64,000 nt of DNA from an uncultured Verrucomicrobiae bacterium. GTDB lineage: Bacteria > Verrucomicrobiota > Verrucomicrobiia > Chthoniobacterales > Chthoniobacteraceae. This document shows positions 22,301 through 33,935 of the stretch, piece after piece. How positions within the stretch are numbered: position 1 is the stretch's first letter; every line of letters starts with the position of its first letter. Location of the stretch: positions 448,001 through 512,000 of the forward strand of contig CAWHEP010000002.1 of the NCBI GenBank assembly GCA_963828525.1, given 5' to 3'. The notes beneath the pieces are model-generated. The model was not told the origin of the DNA and searched no databases. It worked only from the letters and a program-made list of their open reading frames with translations. A program made the translations under genes and the position numbers.

Positions 22301-23489
22301 CTACGAATCGCGGGGAATTCCCCCGGCAATGAGGAAAGCCAGGCCTGCGGTGCCGAGGGCAAAAAGTCATCCAGCCGTAATTCCGGCGAGGCTCAATTTT
22401 CCCCAGCTTTGCAGCGGGCCGACTCCAAACGCGGCCAACCCGTAGCCCATCTGGTAAAATCCGATCAACCCTCCCGCCACCGACGCGGAGAGCGTCGCCA
22501 GTTCTTTTTGGCCGAAGCTGATGACCAGCGGCAACAGGGCCGAACAGCCCAGCCCCGCCAGACCGAAGGCGGCCACGGCCAGGAACGGATGCGCCTGCGG
22601 CGCCCGCGCGGTGAGGAGAAACGCGAACGCGATCACGAAAGGCAGCGCGCGATAGGTCAGGCGCGGCGGACACCATTTCCCGGCGGCGGCGAACAGGATC
22701 CGGCCGCCAGTCACGGCCGCCCAAAACAGGGTGAGAGCCAGCGAGGCGAGGGCGGGCGGCGCATGCAGCCCGGCCGACATGTAGACGGTGGACCAGTTCG
22801 CATTCATCGTTTCGCAGATGCCGTAGAGCAGTGCGAAAGCCGCATAAGAGCCAGAAACGGACAGGAATTTTCCCCTTGGGATGCATGGCAGCGGCAGGCG
22901 GTGGCGCCGGTGTTTCCAAGGGGAGACGGGCGCTGAACAAGAGGAGCCCGGCCGCCAGGCCGCTCATCAGGATGGGCAGGCCCCACCAGATTCCAAGACC
23001 GACGAAAAGCGTCGCAAAGATCGGCGCGAGCGCCGTGCCCAGCCCGAGCAGGGCGTTCAGCGTAAGGATGGCGCGTGTCCACCTTTCCGGGAAAGAAGGC
23101 CGCGGTAAAGGTGTTGAGCGCCGGGCACGGCAAAGCCGAAGCCGATCCCCAGGCAAGCGGTCGCCGCCAGCAGAAGGCCGTAGGCCAGCGGAGTGATCCG
23201 CGGCTGCGAACTGGCTGAGGAAAAGCAGCGCCATGGCGAGCAGATCCGCCGCGAGCCCGAGCAGGAAAATCCGCTTGCCGCCAAGCTGCCGGGTCAGCCC
23301 CGCGCCGAGCAGCGAGGCGAGGATGGCGGTGATGGCCTGCGGCACAAACATGCCGCCATACTCGGCGGTCGAAAGACCGTAATGCGCCGGGCTGGTGAAG
23401 ATGGCGCTGACCGCGGGAAAGGTGACGAGCACCACTCCCTGGATGACGGCCGCCGCATAAACGGCGGCGATTTCCCGGCGTTGCGCCAT
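22301..23489 (-). CDS. MFS transporter (FucP-like), frameshifted
   Basis: Hydrophobic throughout; QGVVLVTFPA, PALNTFTAAFFP, LNALLGLGTALAP and TMNANWS..LALTLFWAAVTGGR. Confidence 0.8.
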
Positions 23490-23497
23490 GCGCGGCG

Positions 23498-25059
23498 CTA
23501 CTTGAGGCGCTCCAGCAGATGATCGCCCACGCGCAGCGCGTTGGCCATGGCGGTGAGCGCCGGGTTCACCGCGCCGATGCTGGGGAAGAAGCTGGTGTCG
23601 ACCACGTAGAGATTATCCAGCTCGTGCGCCTTGCAGTTGGTATCGAGCACGGAGGTCTTCGGGATCGGTGCCGAACCGGCAGGTGCCGGACTGGTGGGCC
23701 ACGCCGGCCACGCCGACGTCGTTCTTCATATAGAGCGTGCGCGGGATGAGATGCTCGTGCATGTCCGAGCTGGTTGAGCATCGACTTCAGCTTGTCGTAG
23801 AGCCGGTTGCTCGCCTCCTGGTTCGTGGCCTGGTAACTGAGCGATGATCGTGCCGTCCCGATCCGACCGTGATGCGGTTATCCGGGCTGGGGCAGATCCT
23901 CGGTCATGAGCCAGAAATCGACGGCGTGCTCGGCCAGCTTTTCCAGCGCCCAGTCCGGCGCGAGCATGGTCTCGATCGGCTTTTCGCCCCGATACATCGG
24001 CGCCTGCGACTTGCCGACCATCTGGATGTTGCCCGCCGGGTAACTCGAAGCCGTCCATGCCGAAATAAAAGTCATTCAGCCCGAGCGTCTTCTGGTACTT
24101 GGTCGGGTTCGGCTCCTTCGAGATGGCCAGCACGGCCTGGCTGGTGTGGAACATGTAATTGCGCCCCACCTGGTCCGAGCCATTGGCCAGCCCGTTCGGG
24201 TGTTTGTCATTGGCGGACATCAGCAGCAGCTTCGCCGAGTGGGCCGCGCCGCAGGAGAGGACGACGATGCCGCCGCGGAAACGCTCCACGTCGCCCGTCG
24301 TGCTCCACCACCACTTCGGTCACTGCGGTGCCCTCGCCGTTGGTGTTCAGCTTCACTGCCTTCGCATGGATGAGGAGCGTGACGTTCGGGTGCTCCAGCG
24401 CGGGCCGCACGGCCGAGCACTTCCGCGTCCGACTTTGCATGCACGACGCAGGGAAAGCCGTCGCAATCCATGCAGCGCACGCAGGTGCTGTAGGGCATGT
24501 TCGCCTCGTTCAGCATGATGCCGCAGGGCGAGTGGAAGGGATGATAACCGGCGCGGGCGAGATCGTCGGAGAGCTTCTGGATGCGCGGCTCGTGCGAGAC
24601 GGGCGGGAAAGGGATAGGGCGCGCTGGCGGGCGGCTCGGTGGGGTCTTCGCCGCGCGTGCCGTGCACCTGGTAGAGCTGCTCGGCCTGGGTGTAGTAGGG
24701 CTCCAGGTCGTCGTAGCCGATGCGGCCAGCCGGGCGAGATGCCGTCGCAATGCGCGAGCGGGCTGAAATCCTCCTTCGCGCAGGCGGTAGAGGGCCGCGC
24801 CGTACATCTTGGTGGCGCCGCCCACATAGTGATAGGTGCCGGGCTGGAACGGCTTGCCCTTCTCGTCGTGCCAGATATCCGCGGAGACGTAGCGGTTCTT
24901 CTGGAAGACCTCCTCGGCGCTCCAGTTTTCCGGCTCGCGCTTCAGCCAGCCGCCGCGCTCCAGGATGAGGATGCTTTTGCCGGAAGGCGCCAGATGTTGC
25001 GCCAGGGTGCCGCCGCCCGCGCCGCTGCCGATGATGATGATGTCGTAATCGGTTTTCAT
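23498..25059 (-). CDS. GMC-family FAD oxidoreductase, frameshifted
   Basis: YDIIIIGSGAGGGT, YVGGATKMYGA, CVRCMDCDGFPC, GLANGSDQVGRNYMFH, AHQSGTCRFG and SFFPSIGAVNPALTAMANALRVGD. Confidence 0.92.
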
Positions 25060-25195
25060 GACCCAAGCTGCCGTGCCGCAGTGGCAGGAGAGTGGTCCAG
25101 CCGCGGACCGCGCGCGAGCACAATAGGCCAAAATTCAGACTTTTACTTTGCGCGCTACAGCGCGACACTCGAGGCCGACGAATCAACCGCATACC

Positions 25196-26106
25196 ATGAA
25201 ATTCCATCCCTTTTCCTTTGCCTGGTTTTACTCCGCGGCGGCCTGCTGGCCGCGCGCGAGCCGCGCCGCCTGCGGATGATTCTGCCGTCATCGCCCGCGT
25301 CGGGCGACACGGAATTGAAGGCCGCGGAAATCCGCGACACGATCCGAGGCCTGGATGCAAATGCCCAGGCGGCCATCGCACGGGATCCCTCCGCGCTGAG
25401 CCAGGTGGTGCGGGCGATCCTGACCCAGCGCCTGGTGCTGCAGGAGGCGCAGGCGGCGAAGTGGGATCAAAATCCCGGCCGCCGCCGCGCAGATCGCCCG
25501 GGCGCGGGATAACGCGGTCATCGAAACCTATCTGCAATCCGTCTCGCAGCCGCCCGCCAGCCTATCCCTCCGATGCCGAGCTGCAGGCCGCCTACGACGC
25601 GAACAAGAGCGCCTTGGTGGTGCCGCGGCAATACCGGCTGGCGCAGGTCTTCGTGAAATCCCCCAAAGGCGCCGGCGCGGATGCGGCGGCCAAGGCGCAG
25701 GTGAAGGTGGATGGCATCCGCAAGCGACTGCGCCAGCGCGATGCGGATTTCGCGACCGTGGCCCGTGCGGAAAGCGACGAGCCGGAAAGCGCGGCCAACG
25801 GCGGCGAAATCGGCTGGCTGGCGGAGAGCCGCATCCAGCCTGAAATCCGCTCGCAGCTCGGGTCGTTAAACAAGGGGAGCATGTCCGAACCGGTGCGCCT
25901 GGACGACGGGTGGCACATCCTCAAAGTGCTGGATGTGAAGGAGCCCTACACTCCCGCGCTGGCGGAGATCCGCCCGCAGCTTGCCCAGAGAATGCGGGCC
26001 GAGCGCGCCAAGGCCCTGAGCCAGGACTACGTGGCGAAGCTCGTGCAGGCAGCATCCGGTCGAGGTGAATGAACTCTCGCTTTCGAAAATCCTGAGCCAG
26101 CCCTAG
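25196..26106 (+). CDS. Exported PpiC/parvulin-type peptidyl-prolyl isomerase, frameshifted
   Basis: Signal peptide; QYRLAQVFVK, DFATVARAESDE..SAANGGEIGW and SEPVRLDDGWHILKV. Confidence 0.85.
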
Positions 26107-26121
26107 AATCCAAAGCTGGCA

Positions 26122-28733
26122 ATGAAGTTCTCCCCCCTCCTCGCCATCCTCTCTTTCGGCCTCCTGTGCTCATCACTCCTGCTTGCGCGGGAGCCTCGCG
26201 GGAACGGCTGAATTTCAACGCCGGCTGGCGCTTCCACCTGGGGCGATCCGCGGATGCCAGCCAGGGCCAGCTCGATTACCCCGCGCTCAAGGACTTCATG
26301 CTCGCCACGGGCAACGATCTGGCGAAGGGAACGCCCGTGGCGCGCCCGCCCGGCGATCCCGGTGCGGATGTCTCCTTCGTCAAGCCCGGGTTCGATGACA
26401 GCGAACTGGCGGAAGCTGAATTTGCCGCACGACTGGGCGATCGAAGGACCTTTCGATATCAACGATCGCGGGGAGACCGGCAAGCTGCCGTATTGGGGTC
26501 AGGCTTGGTATCGCAAGCATTTCACCCTCCCCGCCGAGGATGCGGGCCGGGACATCGTGTTGGAAATTGATGGCGCGATGTCTTACTCGAGCGTCTGGAT
26601 CAACGGGCATCTGGCCGGTGGCTGGCCTTACGGGTATTCCTCCTACCAGACCGACCTCACGCCCTATGTCAAAACCGGGGCGGACAATGTTATTTCCATC
26701 CGCCTGAACAACCCGCGTGAGTCCTCGCGCTGGTATCCCGGCGGCGGGCATCTACCGCAACGTCTGGCTTACCAAAACCTGCGCCTGTCCATATTGCGCA
26801 TTGGGGAACTTATCTTACCACCCCGGAGGTCTCTGCCACCTCCGCAACCGTTCATCTAAAGTGCACCGTGCAGAACCAAGGCGGAAAAGAAGCTCAAATT
26901 ACGGCGGCCACCAACATCTATGAGCTCGATGCACAGGAGCGGAAAGCGGATGCAGTCGCTGCTTTGCCGAGTGTCTCCCTCACCGTCGCCGCGGGACAGG
27001 TTCAAACATTCGAAAGTAGCCGATCCATCGACCATCCGCGGCTTTGGGATACGCAACACCCGCAGCGTTACGCAGCCGTCACCGAGTTAACCCAGGATGG
27101 CAAGGTGGTGGATCGCTACGAGACTCCCTTCGGCATTCGCTCGATCAAGTTCGATCCCAGCCAAGGTTTTCTTCTCAACGGAAAGCACGTTATCCTGCAG
27201 GGGGTCTGCGGCCATCACGACCTCGGCGCGCTGGGGGCGGCATTTAATCTCCGCGCCGCGGAGCGCCAACTGGAGATCTTAAAGGAAATGGGGGTGAATG
27301 CCCTGCGCACCAGCCATAACATGCCGGCGCCGGAGCTGCTGGATCTCTGCGACAAGATGGGCATTCTGGTGATGGACGAGTCGTTCGATTGCTGGCAACT
27401 CGGCAAGAAGCCGAACGATTACCATCTCCTGTTCAACGACTGGCACGAGAGGGACCAGCGTGCGGAATATCGCCGCGACCGGAATCACCCCAGCGTGATC
27501 ATGTGGAGCCTGGGCAATGAAATCCCTGGGCAGGGCAAGCCGGAGTCAGTCGCGCTGTTCAGCCAAATGGCCGCGATCGCGCACGATGAGGATCCCACCC
27601 GGCCGGCTACTCTCGGTGCCAATCATATCGAGAAATTCGATCCGGATTTTACGGCAGTTTTCGATCTAGCGGGGGAAAATTACGACCCTGCCATGTACGC
27701 GGGATTCAAGCAGGCCCACCCAAACATCCCGTTATTCGCCAGTGAGACCGCTTCCACCTGCAGCTCGCGAGGAATTTACTTCCTTCCCCTGGAAGTGACC
27801 AAGAGTGACTTCCAGGTTAGTTCTTACGACAACTATATCCCGGGCTGGGCCAACCCGGTTGAGACCGAGTTTCGCGCGCTGGATGAAAATCCCTGGGTCG
27901 CAGGGGAGTTCGTCTGGACGGGTTTCGATTACCTGGGCGAGCCGACGCCTTACAATGCCGACCAAACGAACCTGCTGAACTTTCGCGATAATCCGGCCAA
28001 GCAGGCGGAGATGGCGGAACAACTTAAACAGTTCGGGAAAATCAAGTCGCCCTCCCGCAGTTCTTATTTCGGCATTGTCGACTTATGCGGTTTCAAGAAG
28101 GACCGCTTCTATCTTTACCAGTCCCGCTGGCGTCCCGATTTTCCCATGGCGCATCTCCTTCCGCATTGGAACTGGCCGGACCGGGTGGGCCAGAAGATCC
28201 CGGTGTACGTCTATTCCTCCGGCGACGAGGTGGAACTCTTCCTGAATGGCAAGTCGTACGGAAAAGAGAAGCGCGCGCCGCAGGACTACCGGTTCAGATG
28301 GGATAACGTGACTTATGCTCCCGGCGAACTGAAAGCGGTCGCTTACAAAGACGGCAAGTGGTGGGCGGAGGATAAAGTCGAGACCACCGGCAAGGCGGTC
28401 TCCGTGCAATTGGCGGCAGACCGCGCCAAAATGCGCGGCGATGGCCTTGACTTATGTTACGTTACCGCGCGAATTGCGGATGAAAAAGGCCTGAACGTGC
28501 CGGTGGCGCAGAACAGAGTGGTGTTTTCCATCCTGAGCGGCCCGGGCGAGATCATCGCCACTGATAATGGAGACGCCACCGATCTTGAGACCTTCTCCAA
28601 TCCTTCCCGCCGAGCCTTCAACGGGTTGGCTCTCGCAATTGTCCGAGTCAAGGCGGGACAGCGGGGAGACATCCGGATCGCCGCTGCCTCAAATGGGTTG
28701 AAGTCAGGCGAATGCGTTATCCATGCGGAGTAA
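26122..28733 (+). CDS. Secreted GH2 beta-galactosidase-like hydrolase, frameshifted in the 5' part
   Basis: FNAGWRF, LPHDWAIEG, SRWYPGxGIYR, GVCGHHDLGALG, RDRNHPSVIMWSLGNE, FASE and GEFVWTGFDYLGEP. Confidence 0.93.
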
Positions 28734-28774
28734 GTTCCCCGCGGCTGCGCATGCCGGGACTTTCAGCGACTGGT

Positions 28775-30091
28775 CTAAGCGCGCCTGCGGAGCTTTCTCT
28801 TTCCGCAAGCGCCCAGGCAGGCGAGCCCGGCGCCCAGCAGGCTGATCGTGCCCGGTTCCGGAACGACGGCCGGCGCATTCAGCCGCCCGAAGAGGCCGTC
28901 CGCCTCGTTGTTGGGCCCGGCAGTGAAATAAAGCGCGTTCGCATCGCCCAGGCTTACCCCATTGCCGAAGGTCAAACCCCACAAGCCGTCGATGCTGACG
29001 GGATCGCCGGAGGGATCGCGCAGGTCGTCGATGAAATCCCCGGTAATGGGATCGAAGGCGGCAATCGTTCCGTTGCCAAAGTTTCCCACCAGCAGATCTC
29101 CGCCAAATTTGCCGAAGCTGGCGGGTGCGATCACCATGCCCCAAGGCGCGTTCAGGTTTCCCTTGTCGACAAAGTCTTTGATTAAGGCGCCCGTTTCGCT
29201 GTACTCCACCACGTGGCCCAGCCCTGCGCCGCTGAGCTGCTCCATCCCCTCATCTCCATCGGGATTGAACGCCGCATAGGCGACATAGAGGTCGCCGTTC
29301 AGATCCATGATATTAAACGGATGCAGATTGCCCACGTCGGCGGGAGTCTGGAAGGTATAGCTGGAGCTGACGTCGGCCCATTGGTTATTGAAGGTTTCAA
29401 TGACATTGTTGCGGAAGTCAGTGGCAAAGAGATGGTTTCCCCCCTGCGCGGTGAAGGCCGGGCTGGTGTAGGCGTTCTGCGTCATGGCCACGCCGCTGAA
29501 AACCGAGTTGGCCGCATGGGGAAAGTTCCCCTCTTTCGAGTAATCGACGATTACCGGAGCGCTCGTCATGGCCGTGGCAGTGTTGGAGCGCCAGGCGTTG
29601 ATGGCGCCGTCTTCCGTGACGAAGACGAACTTAGCCGAGCCTGAGGTGCCTCCCGGAATGGGAGTCGGCGGATGGGTGGAATCATTATCGGCCGGACCCG
29701 AGACTGCGAACTCAACGGGCTGTCCGGCAATGTCGCTCGCAGAGTTATAGACCTGCCCCGTGACAAACGCTTCGCCGTGGTCCGTAAAGGTGGGAGTATC
29801 CAGCGGCACGGAGGTCAGTCCATCCTGGTGGAGAGGCATGCCGTTCACGTCGCCGATGTACTCCGAAGAGGTGCCCGTCTCGGCATTGGCGATCCAGATA
29901 TGCCCGCCGGCGCCGGGCGGCCGCAAAGCAATCCCCCAGGCATCGAGCATATTGGGATCCACGATTTGCGGATTGTAAGACGCTTTGTCGGCGACCAGGT
30001 TGGTCTGAGTGTAGGAGTTATCCTGCGCCCGGCCGGCCGCGGCGGAGGCGGCCAGCGAGAGGGCGGTGGCCAGGATCAAACGATTTGGCAT
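28775..30091 (-). CDS. TIGR03118-family protein with PEP-CTERM sorting signal
   Basis: YTQTNLVAD, DPNMLDAWGIAL, FVTEDGAINAW, LNAPWGM, LLVGNFGNG, IDGLWGLTFGNG and LYFTAGP..GLFG; ends VPEPGTISLLGAGLACLGACGKRKLRRRA. Confidence 0.9.
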   Translation of the reverse strand: MPNRLILATALSLAASAAAGRAQDNSYTQTNLVADKASYNPQIVDPNMLDAWGIALRPPGAGGHIWIANAETGTSSEYIGDVNGMPLHQDGLTSVPLDTPTFTDHGEAFVTGQVYNSASDIAGQPVEFAVSGPADNDSTHPPTPIPGGTSGSAKFVFVTEDGAINAWRSNTATAMTSAPVIVDYSKEGNFPHAANSVFSGVAMTQNAYTSPAFTAQGGNHLFATDFRNNVIETFNNQWADVSSSYTFQTPADVGNLHPFNIMDLNGDLYVAYAAFNPDGDEGMEQLSGAGLGHVVEYSETGALIKDFVDKGNLNAPWGMVIAPASFGKFGGDLLVGNFGNGTIAAFDPITGDFIDDLRDPSGDPVSIDGLWGLTFGNGVSLGDANALYFTAGPNNEADGLFGRLNAPAVVPEPGTISLLGAGLACLGACGKRKLRRRA

Positions 30092-30222
30092 AGAGTAACT
30101 TTCTGAACAATGATGGCTTAAGCCGGCCGGCGGGAGGAGCGCCGGGAAGCAGTGAAAACTAGGACTGCTGCGAAACCGGCCATGGCGCAACTGCACGGTT
30201 CCGGCACGGCGGCGGTAAAAGT

Positions 30223-30269
30223 TGGCGCGGATGGACTCCTCATAAAGAGCAGGAGTCCATCCGGCGCCA
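30223..30269 (-). terminator. Hairpin / intrinsic terminator between the two PEP-CTERM genes
   Basis: GGATGGACTCCT-N10-AGGAGTCCATCC, extended by TGGCGC/GCGCCA; a short T-run follows on the minus strand. Confidence 0.6.
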
Positions 30270-30274
30270 GTGAC

Positions 30275-31740
30275 TTATATTCCGCGCAGGCTGCGGCGTT
30301 TCGCGCCCCATACCATTAGGCCCAGTGCGCCGAAAGCGATCACGCCCAGCGAGCCCGGCTCGGGCACGGCGGCAGGGATGACCCCCGGTTGAAACAGGTC
30401 GGACAGATCGGCCGCCGCACCGCCGCCGTCGGGGTTGGTGCTGGAATTGGAAGCGTTGGCCGCATCATTGAGGTACCCGGTCCCTGTCCCGGTGGAGACC
30501 TGGTAGATTTCCTGCAGCGTGGCCAGATCCGAGGAGTGCGTGTAGGTTCAGCGTGCTCGCGTAGGCATTGCCCTTGGCCAGCTTCGAGATGACGATCTCC
30601 ATCAGCGTGTGATTGAAGTCGTTGCATTGCCGGTGGCGGACTCGGTCTCGTCCGTCCAGATGACAATCACGCCGTCATTCTGGAAGGCTGGGAAGCCATG
30701 ATCTGCGGCACCACGATGGAGAGGAAGTTATCCCCTTGCGCGATCTGGGCCTGGGCGCCGGTGAAGGCCTGGCCATTGTAAGTGAAGCCGCCGGAAAGGG
30801 CGGTGTGCATGTCATTGTACTGGTCCGGGCGTAATCAGGTTGTACTTGCCTACGGTGTTGTTCGCGAGGTCGCTCGCCAGGCTCTGCAGCGGCTCGTAGT
30901 GGGAGACCTCCACGTTATTGGTCCCGGTGACGCCGACATAGGCCGTCTTGCCGCCGGAGGTGGTCACCGTGTAGCCGCCATTGGTATCGGCGTAGAAAAG
31001 CGAACCGTCGTGCTTCGCCGCGAAATTGTACTGATGGCTGCCATTATAGGGATTGGTATAGCTGGTGGAAGTGCCGCTGAAGCTGGAGAGCGGGACCGTG
31101 TTCTGGTTGGAAGCCACCGTGCCGGAGGTCACCAGGTTGCCGGCGCCGCCGGTCAGGAGGTTTTCGTTCGAACCGTTCGCCGTCGCGAGATCGATGTCTT
31201 CCTGGTAGCTGTTCCAGGAAATGCCGGCATTTTGCAGCATTCCGGACAGATTCTGGGTATTGATGCCGGGGTTGGCCGCCTCCAGATTCTGGATGGCTTG
31301 CACGGCCTGGCCCGACCCAAACGGATCGTTGTCGTTGTTGATGCCGTTATTCGCTGTGTTCGGCGCGGTGTTCGTGTTGTAGTTGGTCCCCGCTTCCTGC
31401 CATAGGTAGTTCGGCTCCGAGGGGTGGATGCTGGGATTCGCTCCCGTGGGCGTGGAGAGCACATTATGGTAGTCTTTGGCATACGAGACATACTGCGCGT
31501 TCGCATTGCCCGGGGTAATGAGGCTGTTGATGTAAGGAGCGTAGGTGCTGGCGGCCGCCGCGCCGTAGATCGGCGGGAGAAGAGCTTTGGTCGGCAAGCG
31601 GGTCGGTGGCAGTTGTTGTTTTCCATCTCGATGTAGAAAACATCGCCAACTTGCTGGGTGGCCTGTGCGTGCGAGGTGCGCGCCAGAAACAGGCAGCCGG
31701 CGGCGATCAGCCCGGGTGCGATGAGGTTGCGAGTAGTCAT
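30275..31740 (-). CDS. Phosphoesterase-family (PLC/acid phosphatase-like) PEP-CTERM protein, frameshifted
   Basis: Signal peptide; DVFYIEMEN, APYINSL, HPSEPNYLWQEAG, WNSYQED, FAAKHD, YNDMH, GDNFLSIVVPQI and IVIWTDE; ends VPEPGSLGVIAFGALGLMVWGAKRR. Confidence 0.82.
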
Positions 31741-31864
31741 AAGGTGAGTAAGTGGATTGACTGGAGTTAGTAAGTAGGTGGATTTAGGCTGCACGCTTTC
31801 CGGAAGTGAAAGACACCCCGGTAAGCGCCGGGGAATAGACCAGAGAGCAGCGCTCCGGGACACG

Positions 31865-31932
31865 TGAAAGTTGTAACTTTCAGACGTCGATTGTGACGGT
31901 GAAATTACAAGTGCAACTATTCAGTAATAGTT
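31865..31932 (-). promoter_or_regulatory. Operator-rich promoter region: two palindromes and a Pho-box-like direct repeat
   Basis: TGAAAGTT-GT-AACTTTCA (31865-31882), AACTATT-CAGT-AATAGTT (31915-31932), and minus-strand TTGTAAT-TTCA-CCGTCAC (31910-31893). Confidence 0.5.
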
Positions 31933-32035
31933 ATCTCCCGCCGATGGAGAAGAGTAAGAATCAAGTAACAAATTGACCGTCAAACATGACATCAGGCAGC
32001 CAACCAGGCGTGCCGCGCGAGCGCGCGGAGCGAAA

Positions 32036-32992
32036 TTAACGCAGGCCGGGGTCGGCCCGGGGGCTCCAATGCCGGGGCGCGATGGCGGCGGTGAGCTTGT
32101 CCATCTTCGGCGCGGTCTCATCCGGCAGGTTCGCCAGCAGGATGCTGCCCTTCATCGATTGCAGCGGCGGAGGGCGAGGATTTCTCCGGCCCTTCCGCAA
32201 TGGGCGGGAGATCGGGCATCGCCGCCTGGAATGGACGATTCGACCGGCTTGGCCAGCGGCGCAGGGTGGAGGGAGGCCGTAGTCAGGCGGGGTGGGGCGG
32301 CTGGCGGCGGCTACGAGCAGGGCAGGCTCCGGCGCCGGCTGCTCGCGCGGCGGCTGGTAGCGGTGCATGTGCGGCAATTTATCCGGGCAGGATGGAGACC
32401 ATCGCCCCCACCGGGATTTGCTGGCAGAGCTGGATCACATCCCGCGAGCGCATGCGGATGCAGCCCCAGCTCACCGGCTTGCCCAGGTTGATCTCCTCGG
32501 GGTGCCGTGGATGTAAATGCCGCGGCCGCGCGCGTTGTGATTTTGCTGTTCCAGCCCGTCCAGACCCAGGACACGCGGGTCACGATCGGTATCCCGGCCC
32601 GGCGCGTTCACGGGAATGACCTCGCCGGTGGCGGAGCGATGCTTGATGACGGCGCCGGGGCTGAGGTCCTCGCCGAGCTTGTCGCAGACGCGGAATTGCC
32701 CGAGCGGGGTCTTGTAGCTGCCGAAGTTATCGCCCGTGCCGAATTTGGAGGTGGAGATGGGGAAGCGTGCCACCAGTTCGCCGTTGCAGACCAGGGCCAG
32801 CCGCTGATCGGCCACGCTGATCAGGACCTGGCACGCGGCGGCGCTCTGCTGGGCCCGGCGTGGCAGCGGGAGAGGGCCCAGCCCACGGCTCCCGCGAGAG
32901 CCGCCAGTTTTGAAGAGAATCCCGGCACGGGGGCTGCGTTTAACGCAGAAATCGCGCGGTGGCAATCCCGAAGAAACTCGCCTGCGGGGCAC
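32036..32992 (-). CDS. L,D-transpeptidase (YkuD) with Pro/Ala-rich C-terminal tail; frameshifted, start uncertain
   Basis: ISVADQRL, FPISTSKFG, TPLGQF and GIYIHGTPxE..GKPVSWGCIRM (catalytic His/Cys). Confidence 0.85.
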
Positions 32993-33023
32993 GCGGAATC
33001 GGTTTCATCGGGCTCATCCCCGC

Positions 33024-33935
33024 ATGGAACCGAAGCTGACCGTCCGCGATCTGGAGAAAAATTACGGCTCGCGTCCGCGCCCTGGCCGGCATCGGCTTCG
33101 AGGTGAGCGCGGGCGAGATTTTCGGGCTGCTGGGTCCGAACGGCGCGGGCAAGACCTCCGCGGTGGAGTGCATCCTGGGGCTGCGCGAGGCGGATGCCGG
33201 CACGGTGCGCGTGTGCGGGATGGATGCGCGCCGGGAGACAGCGGCCGTGAAGCAGCGGATCGGCGCGGCGCTGCAATCCACGGCGCTGCAGGATCAAATC
33301 ACGCCGCGCGAGGCGCTCGCGGCTTTTCGGCGCGTTCTACCGGGAGAGCGTTCCGGCGGCGGAACTGCTGCGAGCGCTTCGACCTCGGGGAAAAGGCGGA
33401 TGCGCCGTTCGAGACGCTCTCGGGCGGGCAGCGGCAGCGGCTGGCCCTGGCGCTGGCTTTTGTGAACCGGCCCGAGGTGCTCTTCCTGGATGAGCCGACC
33501 AGCGGGCTCGACCCGCAGGCCCGGCGCGGATTGCACGGGTCGATCCGCGCCTTTCGCGAAGAAGGCCGCGCCGTTTTGCTGACCACGCACTATATCGAGG
33601 AGGCGCACGCGCTCTGCGACCGCATCGCCATTCTCCATCACGGCCGGATCGTCGCCACGGGGCGGCCGGATGATCTCATCGCCGCCTCACCCGCCATTTC
33701 CCGCCTCGTGGTGCGGACGGCGCGGCCGCTGGACCTGGAGCGGGCTGCGCGCGCTGGCCCGGCGTGGCTTCGGCCGAGGCAAGGGAGGGCGCGGTGCATG
33801 CTTGGCGCGGCGCGGGTGGGGCCGCTCATTATCGAGTTGGTCTCCTACCTGGAACAAACGGGGAACGAGTTGCTCGACCTGCAAGTGCGGAAGCCCTCGC
33901 TGGAGGAAGTCTTCCTGGAGCTGACCGCGGCATGA
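33024..33935 (+). CDS. ABC exporter ATP-binding subunit, frameshifted
   Basis: GLLGPNGAGKT, LSGGQRQR, FLDEPTSGLD and LTTHYIEEA. Confidence 0.9.
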   Translation: MEPKLTVRDLEKNYGSRPRPGRHRLRGERGRDFRAAGSERRGQDLRGGVHPGAARGGCRHGARVRDGCAPGDSGREAADRRGAAIHGAAGSNHAARGARGFSARSTGRAFRRRNCCERFDLGEKADAPFETLSGGQRQRLALALAFVNRPEVLFLDEPTSGLDPQARRGLHGSIRAFREEGRAVLLTTHYIEEAHALCDRIAILHHGRIVATGRPDDLIAASPAISRLVVRTARPLDLERAARAGPAWLRPRQGRARCMLGAARVGPLIIELVSYLEQTGNELLDLQVRKPSLEEVFLELTAA

